In this document: one piece after another, positions 18,219-28,441 of the stretch | How the letters are laid out: each line of letters starts with the position of its first letter | Numbering within the stretch: the stretch's first letter is position 1 | Source of the DNA: a virus | Taxonomy: Duplodnaviria > Caudoviricetes | Virus record (IMG/VR): IMGVR_UViG_3300042317_001691 | Span: 14,020 to 78,019 of that record | Strand: one strand, 5' to 3' | DNA: 64,000 nucleotides | Program-made: the position numbers and the translations under genes | Notes under the pieces: generated by a model | Database searches by the model: none | What the model was told of the DNA's origin: nothing | What the model saw: only the letters and a program-made list of their open reading frames with translations

Positions 18219-18247
18219 ATATTAAACAAACACTAGTTCGTTGTCAA
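18219..18247 (-). promoter_or_regulatory. sigma70-type promoter (leaderless)
   Basis: TTGACA-N17-TAATAT-N7-ATG, overlapping the 3' end of clpC. Confidence 0.75.
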
Positions 18248-20636
18248 CAACTTTAAAGGAAATTTCCTCTAAATTTTCGTTTCCAACAATAAATTTACAT
18301 AGTGGCAATTCAAATTTATTCCTTAATACTTTTTGTACTGCCCTTGCGTTATTTCCATCTTTTTCAATCAAATTGTATAGATGATCAAGAAGCTCTTGGT
18401 TTTTATTAAATTTTATATTTTTCTCAGATAGAGAATTTTTAATTTCATCAAGAGTGAAGCAGATCATTTTGATAAGTCCATCTTTGGAAAATTTGTTGTT
18501 AAATATTAGGACTTCATCTAATCTTGAAATTAATTCTGGCTTGAATGTTTTCTTGAGCGAGTTTTCATAATCATTCTTTCTTGTTTCTGTAGTTTTTTGT
18601 ACCACGAAGCCCATTGATTTTGACGTTTCAGTTTCTGCGCCTATGTTTCCAGTCATTACAATAATCGTATTTGTGAAATCAATTTTCCTGTTGAAGTTAT
18701 CAATAATGATTCCTTCGTCCATTATTTTTAATAAAATATTGACTACATCAGGATGAGCCTTCTCAACTTCATCGAATAGAATCAATGAGAAGGGATTGTT
18801 TCTTACAAATTCAGATAGCAAGCCTCCTTCTTCGTAACCCACATATCCTGCAGTAGCTCCTAACAGTTTTGAAACTGAATTTTTATCTACAAATTCAGCC
18901 ATGTCAATCTGTAGGAAAGAATTAGGCTTATTAAAAAATTTCTCGGCAATAATTTTTGCAGTATACGTTTTACCAACTCCTGTAGATCCAATAAACAGTA
19001 GATTGGCTAAAGTCTTTTTTCTCTTTTTAATTCCAGCTTTTGCGCACAGAAGAATTTCGTAAATTTTATTGATAACTTCTTCTTGATCTACCACAAGTTC
19101 ATTTATCTCTTCTTTTAGCGACAAAACACTATTTGCAGAACCTATTTTTAGTTTCTCTTTATCTAAACCGCTGATCTTAGAGAAGGTTTCGAAAATGTGA
19201 TCGTTTTCAATTTTAAACAAATTTTCAGAAGTCTTTTTTATCCAGACATTTCTTTTCGTTAAATATTCTTGGAGCTTTTTTTCGCATTTTTGCTTTTCAA
19301 TGTCTGAAGACAAATCTGTTTTATCCATATAAGAAAGAAGCTTTTCTTCAATCTTTTTTATATTATCTGGAACTTCGTATTTAATCAATTTGCCCTTCGC
19401 TCCAATTCTATCAAGGATGTCAAATGCCTTATCTGGAAATCTTCTGTAGGGCAAATATTTATCAGAAAGTTCAATAATGTTATTGATTATTTCATCATCA
19501 TAGGTCACCCCATGAAACATTTCATATGAAACTTTTGCTTTCTTGAGGATTTCAAATGTTTGTTTTTTATTAGGCTCATCAATATTAATTAACTGAAATC
19601 TTCTATTCAATGCCGAATCTTTTTCAAAATATTTTTTATATTCAGCATGAGTTGTAGCTCCAATGCATTTTATTTCACCTCTCGCTAGAGGAGGTTTAAT
19701 CATATTTGCCAAATCTAAACTGCCCTCATTTGAGCCAGTTCCTACGATAGAATGAATTTCATCAATAAATAAGATGGCATGGGGATCTTCTTTTAATTCG
19801 TCTATCAGGCCCTTAAATCTTTCTTCAAACTGACCTCTGTATTTTGTGCCAGCAACAAGTGCACTCAGATCAAGTGAGTAAATTTTAAATCCAGCAAAAA
19901 ATACTGGACACTCACCCGAATTAATTCTCTGCGCCAACGCTTCAACAACGGCAGTTTTTCCTACTCCAGCATCGCCAACAAGAATAGCGTTGTTCTTTAC
20001 TTTACAAGAAAGAACCTCAATCAATTTATCAAGCTCAGAATCTCTGCCATTAATTTTTGAGTCTAATTTTAAAACTAATTTAGTGAGATCATTGCAATAT
20101 TTTTCTACAAATTTTCCTTGCTCTTTTTTGCTTGGGTCTGATTTTTCTTTTTCTTGTTGGGGTTGATCTTGTCCACTTTCTGTTGGGTGAAGAGTTTGCA
20201 GGATCGCATCTGCGATTTCTTCAACGGGAACTTCTTTTGAAATTAAATAGTTTCTTAAGAAGCTGTCCCTCTTAAAAATTCCATATATTACGTGCTCTAC
20301 ACCTATAAATTCTTGATCCAGATCTTTAGAAAGTTCATAGCTATAGCGTAAACTAAACTCTAAATCTTCACTCCACCAATCTTCTGTTTTTTCAGCTTTC
20401 TTAAAAAAAGATGACTCTAAAGTGGGAAGCTCTATAACTAAACAATTCTTTAAAGCGTCTACATTAATCTTAAAATGATTTAAGATATTTTTAATGGCTA
20501 TAGTGCCATTATCTAATAAAGCGTAAAATAAATGCGCGGAATTGACCTTTTGATGCTTATTTTTATTCGCTATTTCAATTGCGTCCTCAATGGATTTTTT
20601 TGCCCGAGGAACTAGATTGTATTTTTCCATCTTCAT
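18222..20636 (-). CDS. clpC: ClpC/ClpA-type AAA+ chaperone
   Basis: Clp N-domain; Walker A GDAGVGKT and GSTGVGKT; Walker B LFIDE and ILFDE; pore loops KYRG and GYVG; MGF ClpP-docking loop. Confidence 0.92.
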   Translation of the reverse strand: MKMEKYNLVPRAKKSIEDAIEIANKNKHQKVNSAHLFYALLDNGTIAIKNILNHFKINVDALKNCLVIELPTLESSFFKKAEKTEDWWSEDLEFSLRYSYELSKDLDQEFIGVEHVIYGIFKRDSFLRNYLISKEVPVEEIADAILQTLHPTESGQDQPQQEKEKSDPSKKEQGKFVEKYCNDLTKLVLKLDSKINGRDSELDKLIEVLSCKVKNNAILVGDAGVGKTAVVEALAQRINSGECPVFFAGFKIYSLDLSALVAGTKYRGQFEERFKGLIDELKEDPHAILFIDEIHSIVGTGSNEGSLDLANMIKPPLARGEIKCIGATTHAEYKKYFEKDSALNRRFQLINIDEPNKKQTFEILKKAKVSYEMFHGVTYDDEIINNIIELSDKYLPYRRFPDKAFDILDRIGAKGKLIKYEVPDNIKKIEEKLLSYMDKTDLSSDIEKQKCEKKLQEYLTKRNVWIKKTSENLFKIENDHIFETFSKISGLDKEKLKIGSANSVLSLKEEINELVVDQEEVINKIYEILLCAKAGIKKRKKTLANLLFIGSTGVGKTYTAKIIAEKFFNKPNSFLQIDMAEFVDKNSVSKLLGATAGYVGYEEGGLLSEFVRNNPFSLILFDEVEKAHPDVVNILLKIMDEGIIIDNFNRKIDFTNTIIVMTGNIGAETETSKSMGFVVQKTTETRKNDYENSLKKTFKPELISRLDEVLIFNNKFSKDGLIKMICFTLDEIKNSLSEKNIKFNKNQELLDHLYNLIEKDGNNARAVQKVLRNKFELPLCKFIVGNENLEEISFKVVDNELVFV

Positions 20637-20644
20637 TTTTTACA

Positions 20645-23197
20645 CTATTTTAGTTCTGAGAGTTTCATATAGATTTTTTCATCCAATATGAAAATGTTAT
20701 CCAAGAACATCGTATCCGTTGATTTCCGTCCTGTCAATACTACAACGCTATCTTCTTTGGGAGTTTTACCACCGTTTTCAAAATATTCCGTCATTTTGTT
20801 TCGATTGCCGTCCATGAGCATGGCGGACATCGAGCCGTATTCATCTTGAATATTTACTCTTAAATATTTGTTTCCGTTTCTACTTGTTCTTTTTTCCGCT
20901 TCAGTTACCCAACCTACAATTTTAATTTGCGAGTTGTTTTCTGTAGATCTAAACTCTAGAGTGTTGGCAAAATTATTTTCGTCGCCATCTTTAAAAATCT
21001 CTCTGATTTTATGTGAATAAGAGTAGCCAAGAAGCTTCTTTTCAAAAAACCAGTTTGCAAATTTTTGATGCTTTGCATTCTTATCATAAATTTCTTTATA
21101 CGACTGATATTTTTTCTTAAAGGTTTCGAATCTTTTGTCAGTCATTATTTTTTTATTGTCGTCTCCAATCATTGAATCTTTAACGACCGCTTTAATTGAA
21201 TTTAAGATATCAAAATTATGATTCTGTCCAAGATTAACGAATTGAATCTTTTCCCTATCAGTCAGTAAATTGAAAGCTTGAGCCTCCAAAACCAACCTGC
21301 ACCTGTCGCTAGAAAAGCTATCTAGGGCTCCCGCTTGAATTAGTGCTGACAATGCCCCGATATTCAATCCAGACTCTTTTGCAGCAATAAAAATATCATA
21401 TTTATTAACAAACGTGGATTGTCTAAAATCAATAAGAGATTCTAATACTTTTGTTGAGATTCCTTTGATTGAATTTAAGCCATATCTGATGTCTCTGCCT
21501 TCAATTTTAAAGTCAGAATCTGACTTTGCTAAATCTGGTGGCAAAAGCTTCATGTCGAAATAACAAAGCTCTTTTGAGATTTTGGAGATTTCTTCGTGTG
21601 GATCTGGTTCGTACTGGGTCGATTTAAGCAAGCTCAAAAAGAACTCTTGTGGATAATTAAATTTTAAATATATAGTCCAAGCTGCAAGAATCGCATAGGA
21701 AATTGAGTGCGATTTATTGAAGCTGTAGTTTGCGCTATCTTCCGCAACTTTCCAAAGTATAGATGCGATCTCTTCCGAAAGACCATTTTCTTTGATCTTG
21801 TCTTCAATTTTTTGTTTCCACGCTTCAATCTGATCAACCTTTTTCTTTCCTACAATTCTTCTAAGCTGTTCAGCTTCATCAAGAGTAAATCCTACTTTAA
21901 CTGCCATTTTCATTAACTGTTCCTGATAAAGAGGAATGCCCCCTGTATAGGAAAGTACGTCATCAAAAAATGGATTAACACTTTGGAAGCTTCCTGTTTC
22001 CGTATATGTTGCGTAATTCTGCAAAAACTCTAAAGCTCCAGGTCTTGCAATTGCCACTACGGCAGATAATTCTTCTAGACTTTTTGGTTTGACTTTTTGG
22101 CAAACTCTAAAGTTTGTATCTGCTTCAATTTGAAACAGTCCTTGGGGATTCTGAAGTTGTTGCAGATTGTTATAAATCAAAGAACTAGATAGATCTATTT
22201 CCTCTAATTTAATACCCGTTTCTTTTGCTACGTTTTGAAGTACTGAAAGAGTGCGAAGTCCAAGAATATCAAATTTAACAGTTAGTTCGGATACGTTATT
22301 CATGTCGTATCCAGAAACCAAATCTCCATCGCTGGTTTTCTGAACTGGCATGAGATTGCTCATTTCATCGTATGAAATGGCAATTCCAGATGGATGAACT
22401 CCAGTATTTTTGTTTAAATTCTCTAATTTGCGAGCAATTTCATATACTTTTGGATGGAGGTTTGCAAAAGCTCTGAATTTTTCAGATTCTTTGTACGCCT
22501 CTGTTAAGGGCGCAACCTTTCCGAATTTTTTGGGGATGGAGTCACTAATTTCGTTTACTTTTGCTTCGTCCAACTCCCCTACGATTTTACCACATTCTTT
22601 AATGCAAAGTTTACCGCTCAAAGTATTCATCGTGAGAATCTTTGAGGTTTTTCCTTTATATTTTTCTTCAATGTATTGGATTACTTCTTTTCTTCTTTCG
22701 TAGCTGATATCGTTATCAACATCTGCTAGCAGTGAGCCGTCCAAATAAGTGACTCCGTTGTGTTCAATTTTTTTGGCGCGACTTTTTGAAACAAATCTTT
22801 CAAAGAACAGTCCATACTTAATTGGGTCTACTTTGGTCACTCCAATCAAATAAAGAATTAAACTACCTGCTGCGCTTCCGCGACCTGGACCAGTAGGAAT
22901 GTCATTCTCATGGCAAAAATTCAATATGTCCCAATTCAGTAAAACATAATCAATAAATCCAAGCTCTTGAAAGATGGAAAGCTCAATTTTAGCCCTGTCG
23001 TAATATTCTTGCTTGTTAGGTAATTTATCAATTCCCTTGTCTTTGACGCCTTTGTGAGCAAGCTTTCTTAAAAAATCAAAGTTAGATGAAGTGCTCGGAA
23101 TACTGAGCATATCGTAGTACTTGTTTTCTATTTTGATTTGTGGCAATAGAACGCCAACCGCAGTTGGAGTTTCGTATTTTTGAAATTCTTCGAACAT
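20645..23197 (-). CDS. dnaE: DNA polymerase III alpha subunit, catalytic part (lacks most of the PHP domain)
   Basis: GPGRGSAAGSL, LFFERF, ADVDND, HPSG, KFDILGLRTL, LYQEQLM, YSFNKSHS, C-terminal OB fold. Confidence 0.95.
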   Translation of the reverse strand: MFEEFQKYETPTAVGVLLPQIKIENKYYDMLSIPSTSSNFDFLRKLAHKGVKDKGIDKLPNKQEYYDRAKIELSIFQELGFIDYVLLNWDILNFCHENDIPTGPGRGSAAGSLILYLIGVTKVDPIKYGLFFERFVSKSRAKKIEHNGVTYLDGSLLADVDNDISYERRKEVIQYIEEKYKGKTSKILTMNTLSGKLCIKECGKIVGELDEAKVNEISDSIPKKFGKVAPLTEAYKESEKFRAFANLHPKVYEIARKLENLNKNTGVHPSGIAISYDEMSNLMPVQKTSDGDLVSGYDMNNVSELTVKFDILGLRTLSVLQNVAKETGIKLEEIDLSSSLIYNNLQQLQNPQGLFQIEADTNFRVCQKVKPKSLEELSAVVAIARPGALEFLQNYATYTETGSFQSVNPFFDDVLSYTGGIPLYQEQLMKMAVKVGFTLDEAEQLRRIVGKKKVDQIEAWKQKIEDKIKENGLSEEIASILWKVAEDSANYSFNKSHSISYAILAAWTIYLKFNYPQEFFLSLLKSTQYEPDPHEEISKISKELCYFDMKLLPPDLAKSDSDFKIEGRDIRYGLNSIKGISTKVLESLIDFRQSTFVNKYDIFIAAKESGLNIGALSALIQAGALDSFSSDRCRLVLEAQAFNLLTDREKIQFVNLGQNHNFDILNSIKAVVKDSMIGDDNKKIMTDKRFETFKKKYQSYKEIYDKNAKHQKFANWFFEKKLLGYSYSHKIREIFKDGDENNFANTLEFRSTENNSQIKIVGWVTEAEKRTSRNGNKYLRVNIQDEYGSMSAMLMDGNRNKMTEYFENGGKTPKEDSVVVLTGRKSTDTMFLDNIFILDEKIYMKLSELK

Positions 23198-23198
23198 A

Positions 23199-23828
23199 TT
23201 AAATATTAATTTCTTGAATTTGTTTTAAAAAAATCTTGAACGTCATCTCAATATCATACAAAGCATTATGCAATTTTGTGGGATCATGTTCAATTTCATA
23301 TTTTTTCAGCAAGAATGCTTGGCTTGTTTTTATTTTTTTATCCCTGTAAGAGACGAATTTATATTGAGACAAAATATCGTCCTTTTGAAAATCTTTATTT
23401 TCTAAAGCTAATGACATTGCTAAAGCTCGAACATCTAAAATTCTAGATATGTAAGAATGATCGGGCTCCAAACCGCAATGTTTTCTTAAGATATTCAAGA
23501 TGTAAACATCAAAGTTAAGTAAGTTTTGTCCAACAATAATATAGCTAGGATCGGATAAAACCGACCAAAGATCATTTAAAACTTTTAAAGGATTTTCTGC
23601 TTTTGATTCGTAAAAATGCCTGTCAAAGTTTGTAATTTTTGCAGCTTCATCTGAGACTTTTAAATCTGGCCATTTGACATATCTGTCATTCTTGGTCTTG
23701 ATTGCTTTGCCCTTTGCGGTAATCCAAGATACTTGCCAAGGTCTGGACGAGATTAAATTCAAACCTTCTGTTTCCGTGTCCAGAATCAAGTAATTCTGGT
23801 CGAAATTAAACCTGAGTAAGTTTTCCAT
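23199..23828 (-). CDS. DEDDh 3'-5' exonuclease (DnaQ/epsilon-like)
   Basis: LDTETEG, GQNLLNFD, LHNALYDIEMT motifs. Confidence 0.9.
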   Translation of the reverse strand: MENLLRFNFDQNYLILDTETEGLNLISSRPWQVSWITAKGKAIKTKNDRYVKWPDLKVSDEAAKITNFDRHFYESKAENPLKVLNDLWSVLSDPSYIIVGQNLLNFDVYILNILRKHCGLEPDHSYISRILDVRALAMSLALENKDFQKDDILSQYKFVSYRDKKIKTSQAFLLKKYEIEHDPTKLHNALYDIEMTFKIFLKQIQEINI

Positions 23829-24567
23829 TTTTTTCTAAGTAGCTCTCCCAACAAAATTCATCTGAACCAAAATGATTTAAATTTGGATTAGATAAGGATA
23901 TTTCTTTTCCGAATGATCTATTAGTTAAGCATTTATATGTTTGAAATGCAAAAACATCCTTTTTATCTTTATAAAGGATTGTCTTGGCTAGTATTGGATC
24001 TGAAGTTACATTTTTAATTTTAGGTTTCAGAATTGAATCAAATGGCAACCCATTATCTTCAATAAAATAAACTGGCTGAGTAAAGTTAAAATTTGGAAGA
24101 CAATTTGAAAAGCTAAAACTATTATTAAAAATATAAGAATCGTAAAATGGTACTGCTAGTTTTAAGTCAGACTCACTCCACAAAGAAGATAGAGTTTTAC
24201 AGTCGATAAAACCTCCATGATCGCAGAATGCAGTTGAATAAATTTTATTTAACTGTTTGCAGCCAGAATCATTTTTTGCAAAGATGATTATTTTGTGTTT
24301 TGATTGTTCTTTGTTCTCTTCTGAAACGTCGTTGCAGCAATTTATTCTAAGGCCGAAAATGAGTTGGATATTTAAACTTTTGCAGGACTTGTGCGCCTCA
24401 AGAAAGCCAATCATTGAATCTTCGACCAAGACAATCTGATTTAAATTATTGTCTTTTGCTATTTGCAAAATTGAATCTGCACAAGAAGAATCTGGGTCAT
24501 CTTCTGGCATGTCCAAAGTGAGTATGCTTTTGCCAATTGAAAAATTGGACTTGAACAACGGAATCAT
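23806..24567 (-). CDS. Stand-alone PHP domain of Pol III alpha (metal ligands degenerate)
   Basis: FKSNFSIGKS, AKDNNLNQIVLVEDSMIG, LIFGLRI, IIIFAKNDSGCKQLNKIYS align to the DnaE N-terminal PHP domain. Confidence 0.85.
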   Translation of the reverse strand: MIPLFKSNFSIGKSILTLDMPEDDPDSSCADSILQIAKDNNLNQIVLVEDSMIGFLEAHKSCKSLNIQLIFGLRINCCNDVSEENKEQSKHKIIIFAKNDSGCKQLNKIYSTAFCDHGGFIDCKTLSSLWSESDLKLAVPFYDSYIFNNSFSFSNCLPNFNFTQPVYFIEDNGLPFDSILKPKIKNVTSDPILAKTILYKDKKDVFAFQTYKCLTNRSFGKEISLSNPNLNHFGSDEFCWESYLEKNGKLTQV

Positions 24568-24573
24568 AAACGA

Positions 24574-24602
24574 ATGCTATTCCGTAAAGGACGCTTCGTC
24601 AA
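24574..24602 (-). promoter_or_regulatory. sigma70-type promoter (leaderless)
   Basis: TTGACG-N17-TAGCAT-N6-ATG of the PHP gene. Confidence 0.7.
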
Positions 24603-24609
24603 GCCTAAT

Positions 24610-25611
24610 CTATTTGCATGAAAAGGCGGGACATCCTTTATATTTATGAAGCACAAATTGCTTGTCTGAATATTTTTCTTTAAATTTTTCTAAATCTTCT
24701 TTGAAGCAAGAGTCAATTATTTTACCAGTTTCATCTTTTATTTGGTAAAATTCAAATCCAAATTTTGCTGAACAAAACCATTTGGGAGATCCATCCGCCT
24801 TCTTTTCATCTGGAGACTTGGCGTACCCACACATTAATGGACCACCAAAAGAGTTATCTTTGGGAAAGTCTGCTTTTGCTGCCAAATTTTTCAGTGCAGC
24901 TTTTTCATTAAAATTGTCAAGGTAATTTTGAATATCTGTTAATTGCTGTTCAAAACCAGCCAACTCCTCGTTGGTAATTTCTGGCATTTTAATAACGCCC
25001 TTTTTATGAGGATATTTTAAAAATATAAATTCGCTTGTGACACTTTTTAATTCTGGATACATTTTTCGCACAGCGAGTACGTACATTAAATCTTGCAAAT
25101 TGTCTTCCAAATCTTTTCCTTTAAATACCTCTTTGCTCGACTTAAAGTCTCTTATTAGAGCTGAATCTTTTGATATAAATAATTTATCAATGAATCCTTT
25201 TATTTTAAAATTAATTCTTTCGTCTTTAAAGTCTAAATCAAAATCCTTTTCCGAAACGCTTTCTTTAAGTTTTCCCATTGACTCTCCATAAAAATCATAA
25301 GTTAAACCATTTAAAATCATCTCTTTGATTGAAGAGATATTTTTTTCATCTGCTACGCCTTCTCTTATTGCAGCTTCCTGCATTAAGTTTTCAACAATTT
25401 TGCTACCAGATATACAGTTCTTTTTAAGAATTTTATTAAATTCTTTTTTATTCTCTCCTAAGAATTCAAAAATTTCATGGCATACAGTTCCTCTTTTTGC
25501 TCCATCATTACTCTTGTCTGGAGCCTTTAGAAAATATTTAAACCAATAAAGCCAAGTGCATGACTGAACAGTTTTTATTCTGCTTGCGGAAAGTGTTACT
25601 CGTTCAGACAT
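24610..25611 (-). CDS. PD-(D/E)xK nuclease, RecB/AddB/Cas4-like
   Basis: LSASRIK..QSC, GTVCHEIFE, KGFIDKL, IRDFKSS, QDLMY; distributed Cys compatible with an Fe-S staple. Confidence 0.85.
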   Translation of the reverse strand: MSERVTLSASRIKTVQSCTWLYWFKYFLKAPDKSNDGAKRGTVCHEIFEFLGENKKEFNKILKKNCISGSKIVENLMQEAAIREGVADEKNISSIKEMILNGLTYDFYGESMGKLKESVSEKDFDLDFKDERINFKIKGFIDKLFISKDSALIRDFKSSKEVFKGKDLEDNLQDLMYVLAVRKMYPELKSVTSEFIFLKYPHKKGVIKMPEITNEELAGFEQQLTDIQNYLDNFNEKAALKNLAAKADFPKDNSFGGPLMCGYAKSPDEKKADGSPKWFCSAKFGFEFYQIKDETGKIIDSCFKEDLEKFKEKYSDKQFVLHKYKGCPAFSCK

Positions 25612-26615
25612 TTTTTATAAAATTTTGCTAGCTTTGTTTTATCGAACTCTTTTTCGTTTTCCTTGATAAGATTTAAAATTTCTTCTATGGATAGTTCTTT
25701 TCTTTTTCTCCATTCGCAAAATAATAATGGATTATCAGAATTTTGCATTTCACCAAAATCATTTAACAATGGGGGTTTTACTTTCAATATATTTAAATCA
25801 AAATAAGAAGAAAGCTTTATTAAGGTTTTAATGGAGGAAATTAATCCTCTGTTTGTATCGCTCGTAGAGTCATTATTTGCTGATATATAAATGCACTTGA
25901 GATCCTTGGAAACAAGAAAATTTATTAAGGTGCTACTGCAATCTAATCCAAACATCACAAGGTTGTTATAGTATCCATTTTGGGAAAGCGCCATGCTATC
26001 ACCAATACTTTCTACTAAAATAACTTCGTCATTTATTTCTGGAAAGTCTGGAATGAGTGCAGGATAAATCCAATTTGATTTTCTTCCTATCAACTTCCAC
26101 TTGGGCGCATTCTCGTCTTCATCAGTTACCTTCCTTCCAGCAAAACCAAAAATTTGCCCGATATCATTGTAGATAGGAAAAACAGTTCTCCTATACATTC
26201 TTCCTGCAGAAGCTAATCCACACTTATAAAACTTTTGTGTTTCTTCTGAGATTCCGCGCTTTTTGTAAAAAGAATAATTTGGAAATAGCTTTTTTAAGCA
26301 GTCTTCTGGATAAATTTTTTCCATTTCTAATTTTTCTTTTTTTTCTACGATCTCTCCCATTTGCTCCTTACAATCGAGGAGGTACTTTTGGATAACAGAA
26401 TAATCAGTTGTATTTAATGTTAATTCAACAAGTTTTTTAAATGGCATGGGAGCTTTGCTTTGGACAAAGTCTTGCCAGACTCCAGTATCCTTATAAATCT
26501 TTAAGGAAGAGTTATTGTTGCCATTTCTATATAAAGCTTTCGTTCTCCAATGATTTCCGAAATCATTGAGTTCGTAGCCAAGCTCAATTAGGGAAGATTG
26601 AATTTTAGATTTCAT
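25596..26615 (-). CDS. dnaG: DNA primase, DnaG-like Toprim (probable start MKSKIQ at 26615)
   Basis: RTVFPIYN..GQIFGFAGR, PKW, VILVESIGD, ISANND. Confidence 0.85.
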   Translation of the reverse strand: MKSKIQSSLIELGYELNDFGNHWRTKALYRNGNNNSSLKIYKDTGVWQDFVQSKAPMPFKKLVELTLNTTDYSVIQKYLLDCKEQMGEIVEKKEKLEMEKIYPEDCLKKLFPNYSFYKKRGISEETQKFYKCGLASAGRMYRRTVFPIYNDIGQIFGFAGRKVTDEDENAPKWKLIGRKSNWIYPALIPDFPEINDEVILVESIGDSMALSQNGYYNNLVMFGLDCSSTLINFLVSKDLKCIYISANNDSTSDTNRGLISSIKTLIKLSSYFDLNILKVKPPLLNDFGEMQNSDNPLLFCEWRKRKELSIEEILNLIKENEKEFDKTKLAKFYKKCLNE

Positions 26616-28125
26616 CGAAGTTGGGAACCCTTTCCATTGTAAAATCTGAATCCTCATCAAGATCAGCTCTTCCGTTTAGAAACGCTGCAATATCACGAAG
26701 ATCTCCTTTTTCTGTAATTGAAAAGTTTTTAAATTCTAAATTTATAAAATTGTTTCTCATTGTGTCGTTAATTCTAACTGGCTCTAAAGCGCCAGCCAAA
26801 TCTGAACCAAGGTGACGATGCTTAATGCATATGAACTTATGAGTTCCAAACTGATTGCCTTCGCTTTGAATTTCATCAATCGTTTTCTTTCTCAAAATAA
26901 ACATGTGAGAACTGAACTGCGTAATCCTATCAGAAAGAGAAACGATGCTTTCATCGTCAACTACATTTTGTGAATTTCTATTATTCGTAATACCCGTCCG
27001 ATTACTTTGAACGGAAGTAATCATAGGAATAATTGGCTTGCCATCAATAAGCATTTCTTTCTGGATGCATTTTTTAAATTTGTCAACCATTTCTCCAACT
27101 AACTGCCATTCATTTTTATCGCTCTTTTCTGCAGTGGTTTTAATGTAATCGAAGCTAAAAACCATTTTATTTCCCCTGCCAATGTTGGAATAATAAAACC
27201 TTTTTAACGTATTGATCATTGAATCAACATCAAGTCCACCCACATTATAATAAAAGAACTTCATCTTTTTTATTTTGGGCCAAACAGACCTAACTTTTTC
27301 CACAACTGCATCGCCAGCTTTTCTCCATTGTCCACTCTCTAACAAGTGCATTGGAACTCCAGATAAAGCAGTACATTGCCTCATCATTAATTCTTCTTTG
27401 CTCATTTCTCCATTATCAAAATGTAAGACAGGAACGTCATAAATTGACGCAACCTTTGTTGCGTAATCCATGCAAAATTGTGTTTTACCAACGCCAGATC
27501 GAGCAACTACGACAGTAATATTTCCAGGCCTTAAAAGAGATCCATATATTTCATTTATTTTCTTATGTGGACCCATTAAGCCAAATTCCTTTATTGGATT
27601 ATTTCCCCTATCCTCTATGAGATACTCCATATCATCATAGATATTTTGTGGTGTATCGGCTCCTATTTCGTAAAAATTTATTTTAGAATTATAAATCTTA
27701 TCCGCAGAAGAAACGATATCTAAATAAGAACTCTCTGGAGGGAGAGATTTCATCTTCTTTCCAACCTCCAGCGAGGAGTCGTAAATCTCTCTTCTGATTG
27801 TATATTTTTTTAATTCTTTTGCAGCTTTAAGGGTGCTAGATTCGGAAACCTTACGCATTCCTAATGACTTTATATAGTCAGCCGCATTAAAATTGTCTTC
27901 AAAAGAAATTCCTATTGACTGAATTCTTTGTGCAATAATAACATCATCAATGTCTTCTGCATTTTCAATCGCTTGTTTGATGATGATGAAAATTGTTTTA
28001 TTTAGAAGCGAATCTTCGGAATAAAAATCTCTTTCGCTGACGAAAGAACAAATGTCAACGAAAGAGTTTGGATTTTTAATTAAGCCTGCAAGTAGTTGTT
28101 TTTCTAGTTCATACGAATAGATCAT
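26605..28125 (-). CDS. dnaB: Replicative DNA helicase
   Basis: ELEKQLLAGL N-terminus; Walker A ARSGVGKT; FDNGEM; FDYIK; SVQSNR. Confidence 0.92.
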   Translation of the reverse strand: MIYSYELEKQLLAGLIKNPNSFVDICSFVSERDFYSEDSLLNKTIFIIIKQAIENAEDIDDVIIAQRIQSIGISFEDNFNAADYIKSLGMRKVSESSTLKAAKELKKYTIRREIYDSSLEVGKKMKSLPPESSYLDIVSSADKIYNSKINFYEIGADTPQNIYDDMEYLIEDRGNNPIKEFGLMGPHKKINEIYGSLLRPGNITVVVARSGVGKTQFCMDYATKVASIYDVPVLHFDNGEMSKEELMMRQCTALSGVPMHLLESGQWRKAGDAVVEKVRSVWPKIKKMKFFYYNVGGLDVDSMINTLKRFYYSNIGRGNKMVFSFDYIKTTAEKSDKNEWQLVGEMVDKFKKCIQKEMLIDGKPIIPMITSVQSNRTGITNNRNSQNVVDDESIVSLSDRITQFSSHMFILRKKTIDEIQSEGNQFGTHKFICIKHRHLGSDLAGALEPVRINDTMRNNFINLEFKNFSITEKGDLRDIAAFLNGRADLDEDSDFTMERVPNFDEI

Positions 28126-28130
28126 GAACT

Positions 28131-28159
28131 ATGCTACATTGTATAAATTCAATTGTCAA
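28131..28159 (-). promoter_or_regulatory. sigma70-type promoter (leaderless)
   Basis: TTGACA-N17-TAGCAT-N5-ATG of dnaB. Confidence 0.75.
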
Positions 28160-28428
28160 TCATCATCGTCATTTTCCTCTGGGCTTTCCTCAAATTCTAC
28201 ATGATGCATCGACGAGTTGTCTTCAGTAAAAATTTCTAAAAATTTAGTTAAGGCAAATTCTGTAGCTTGAGAATCGTATTTTTGTTTAATTTGACCATTA
28301 CCATCTTCGTCAATATAAACAAGAATATATCCCTTATTCTTTTCTGTTGAACCTGTAAATTCATACAGCATTTCTAGAAAATTATCTGGTATTTCAAACT
28401 TATTAAATTTGACTTTTTTTCTAGCCAT
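28156..28428 (-). CDS. Hypothetical protein with acidic tail (probable start MARKK at 28428)
   Basis: Fills the gap in the operon; GTGTAA 8 nt upstream of the ATG. Confidence 0.6.
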   Translation of the reverse strand: MARKKVKFNKFEIPDNFLEMLYEFTGSTEKNKGYILVYIDEDGNGQIKQKYDSQATEFALTKFLEIFTEDNSSMHHVEFEESPEENDDDD

Positions 28429-28441
28429 ATTTTGTATTACA

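Noticed and set aside
24610-25611. Cas4 as evidence of a CRISPR system
   Set aside because: No cas1/cas2 or array; solo PD-(D/E)xK nucleases are common in phage recombination modules
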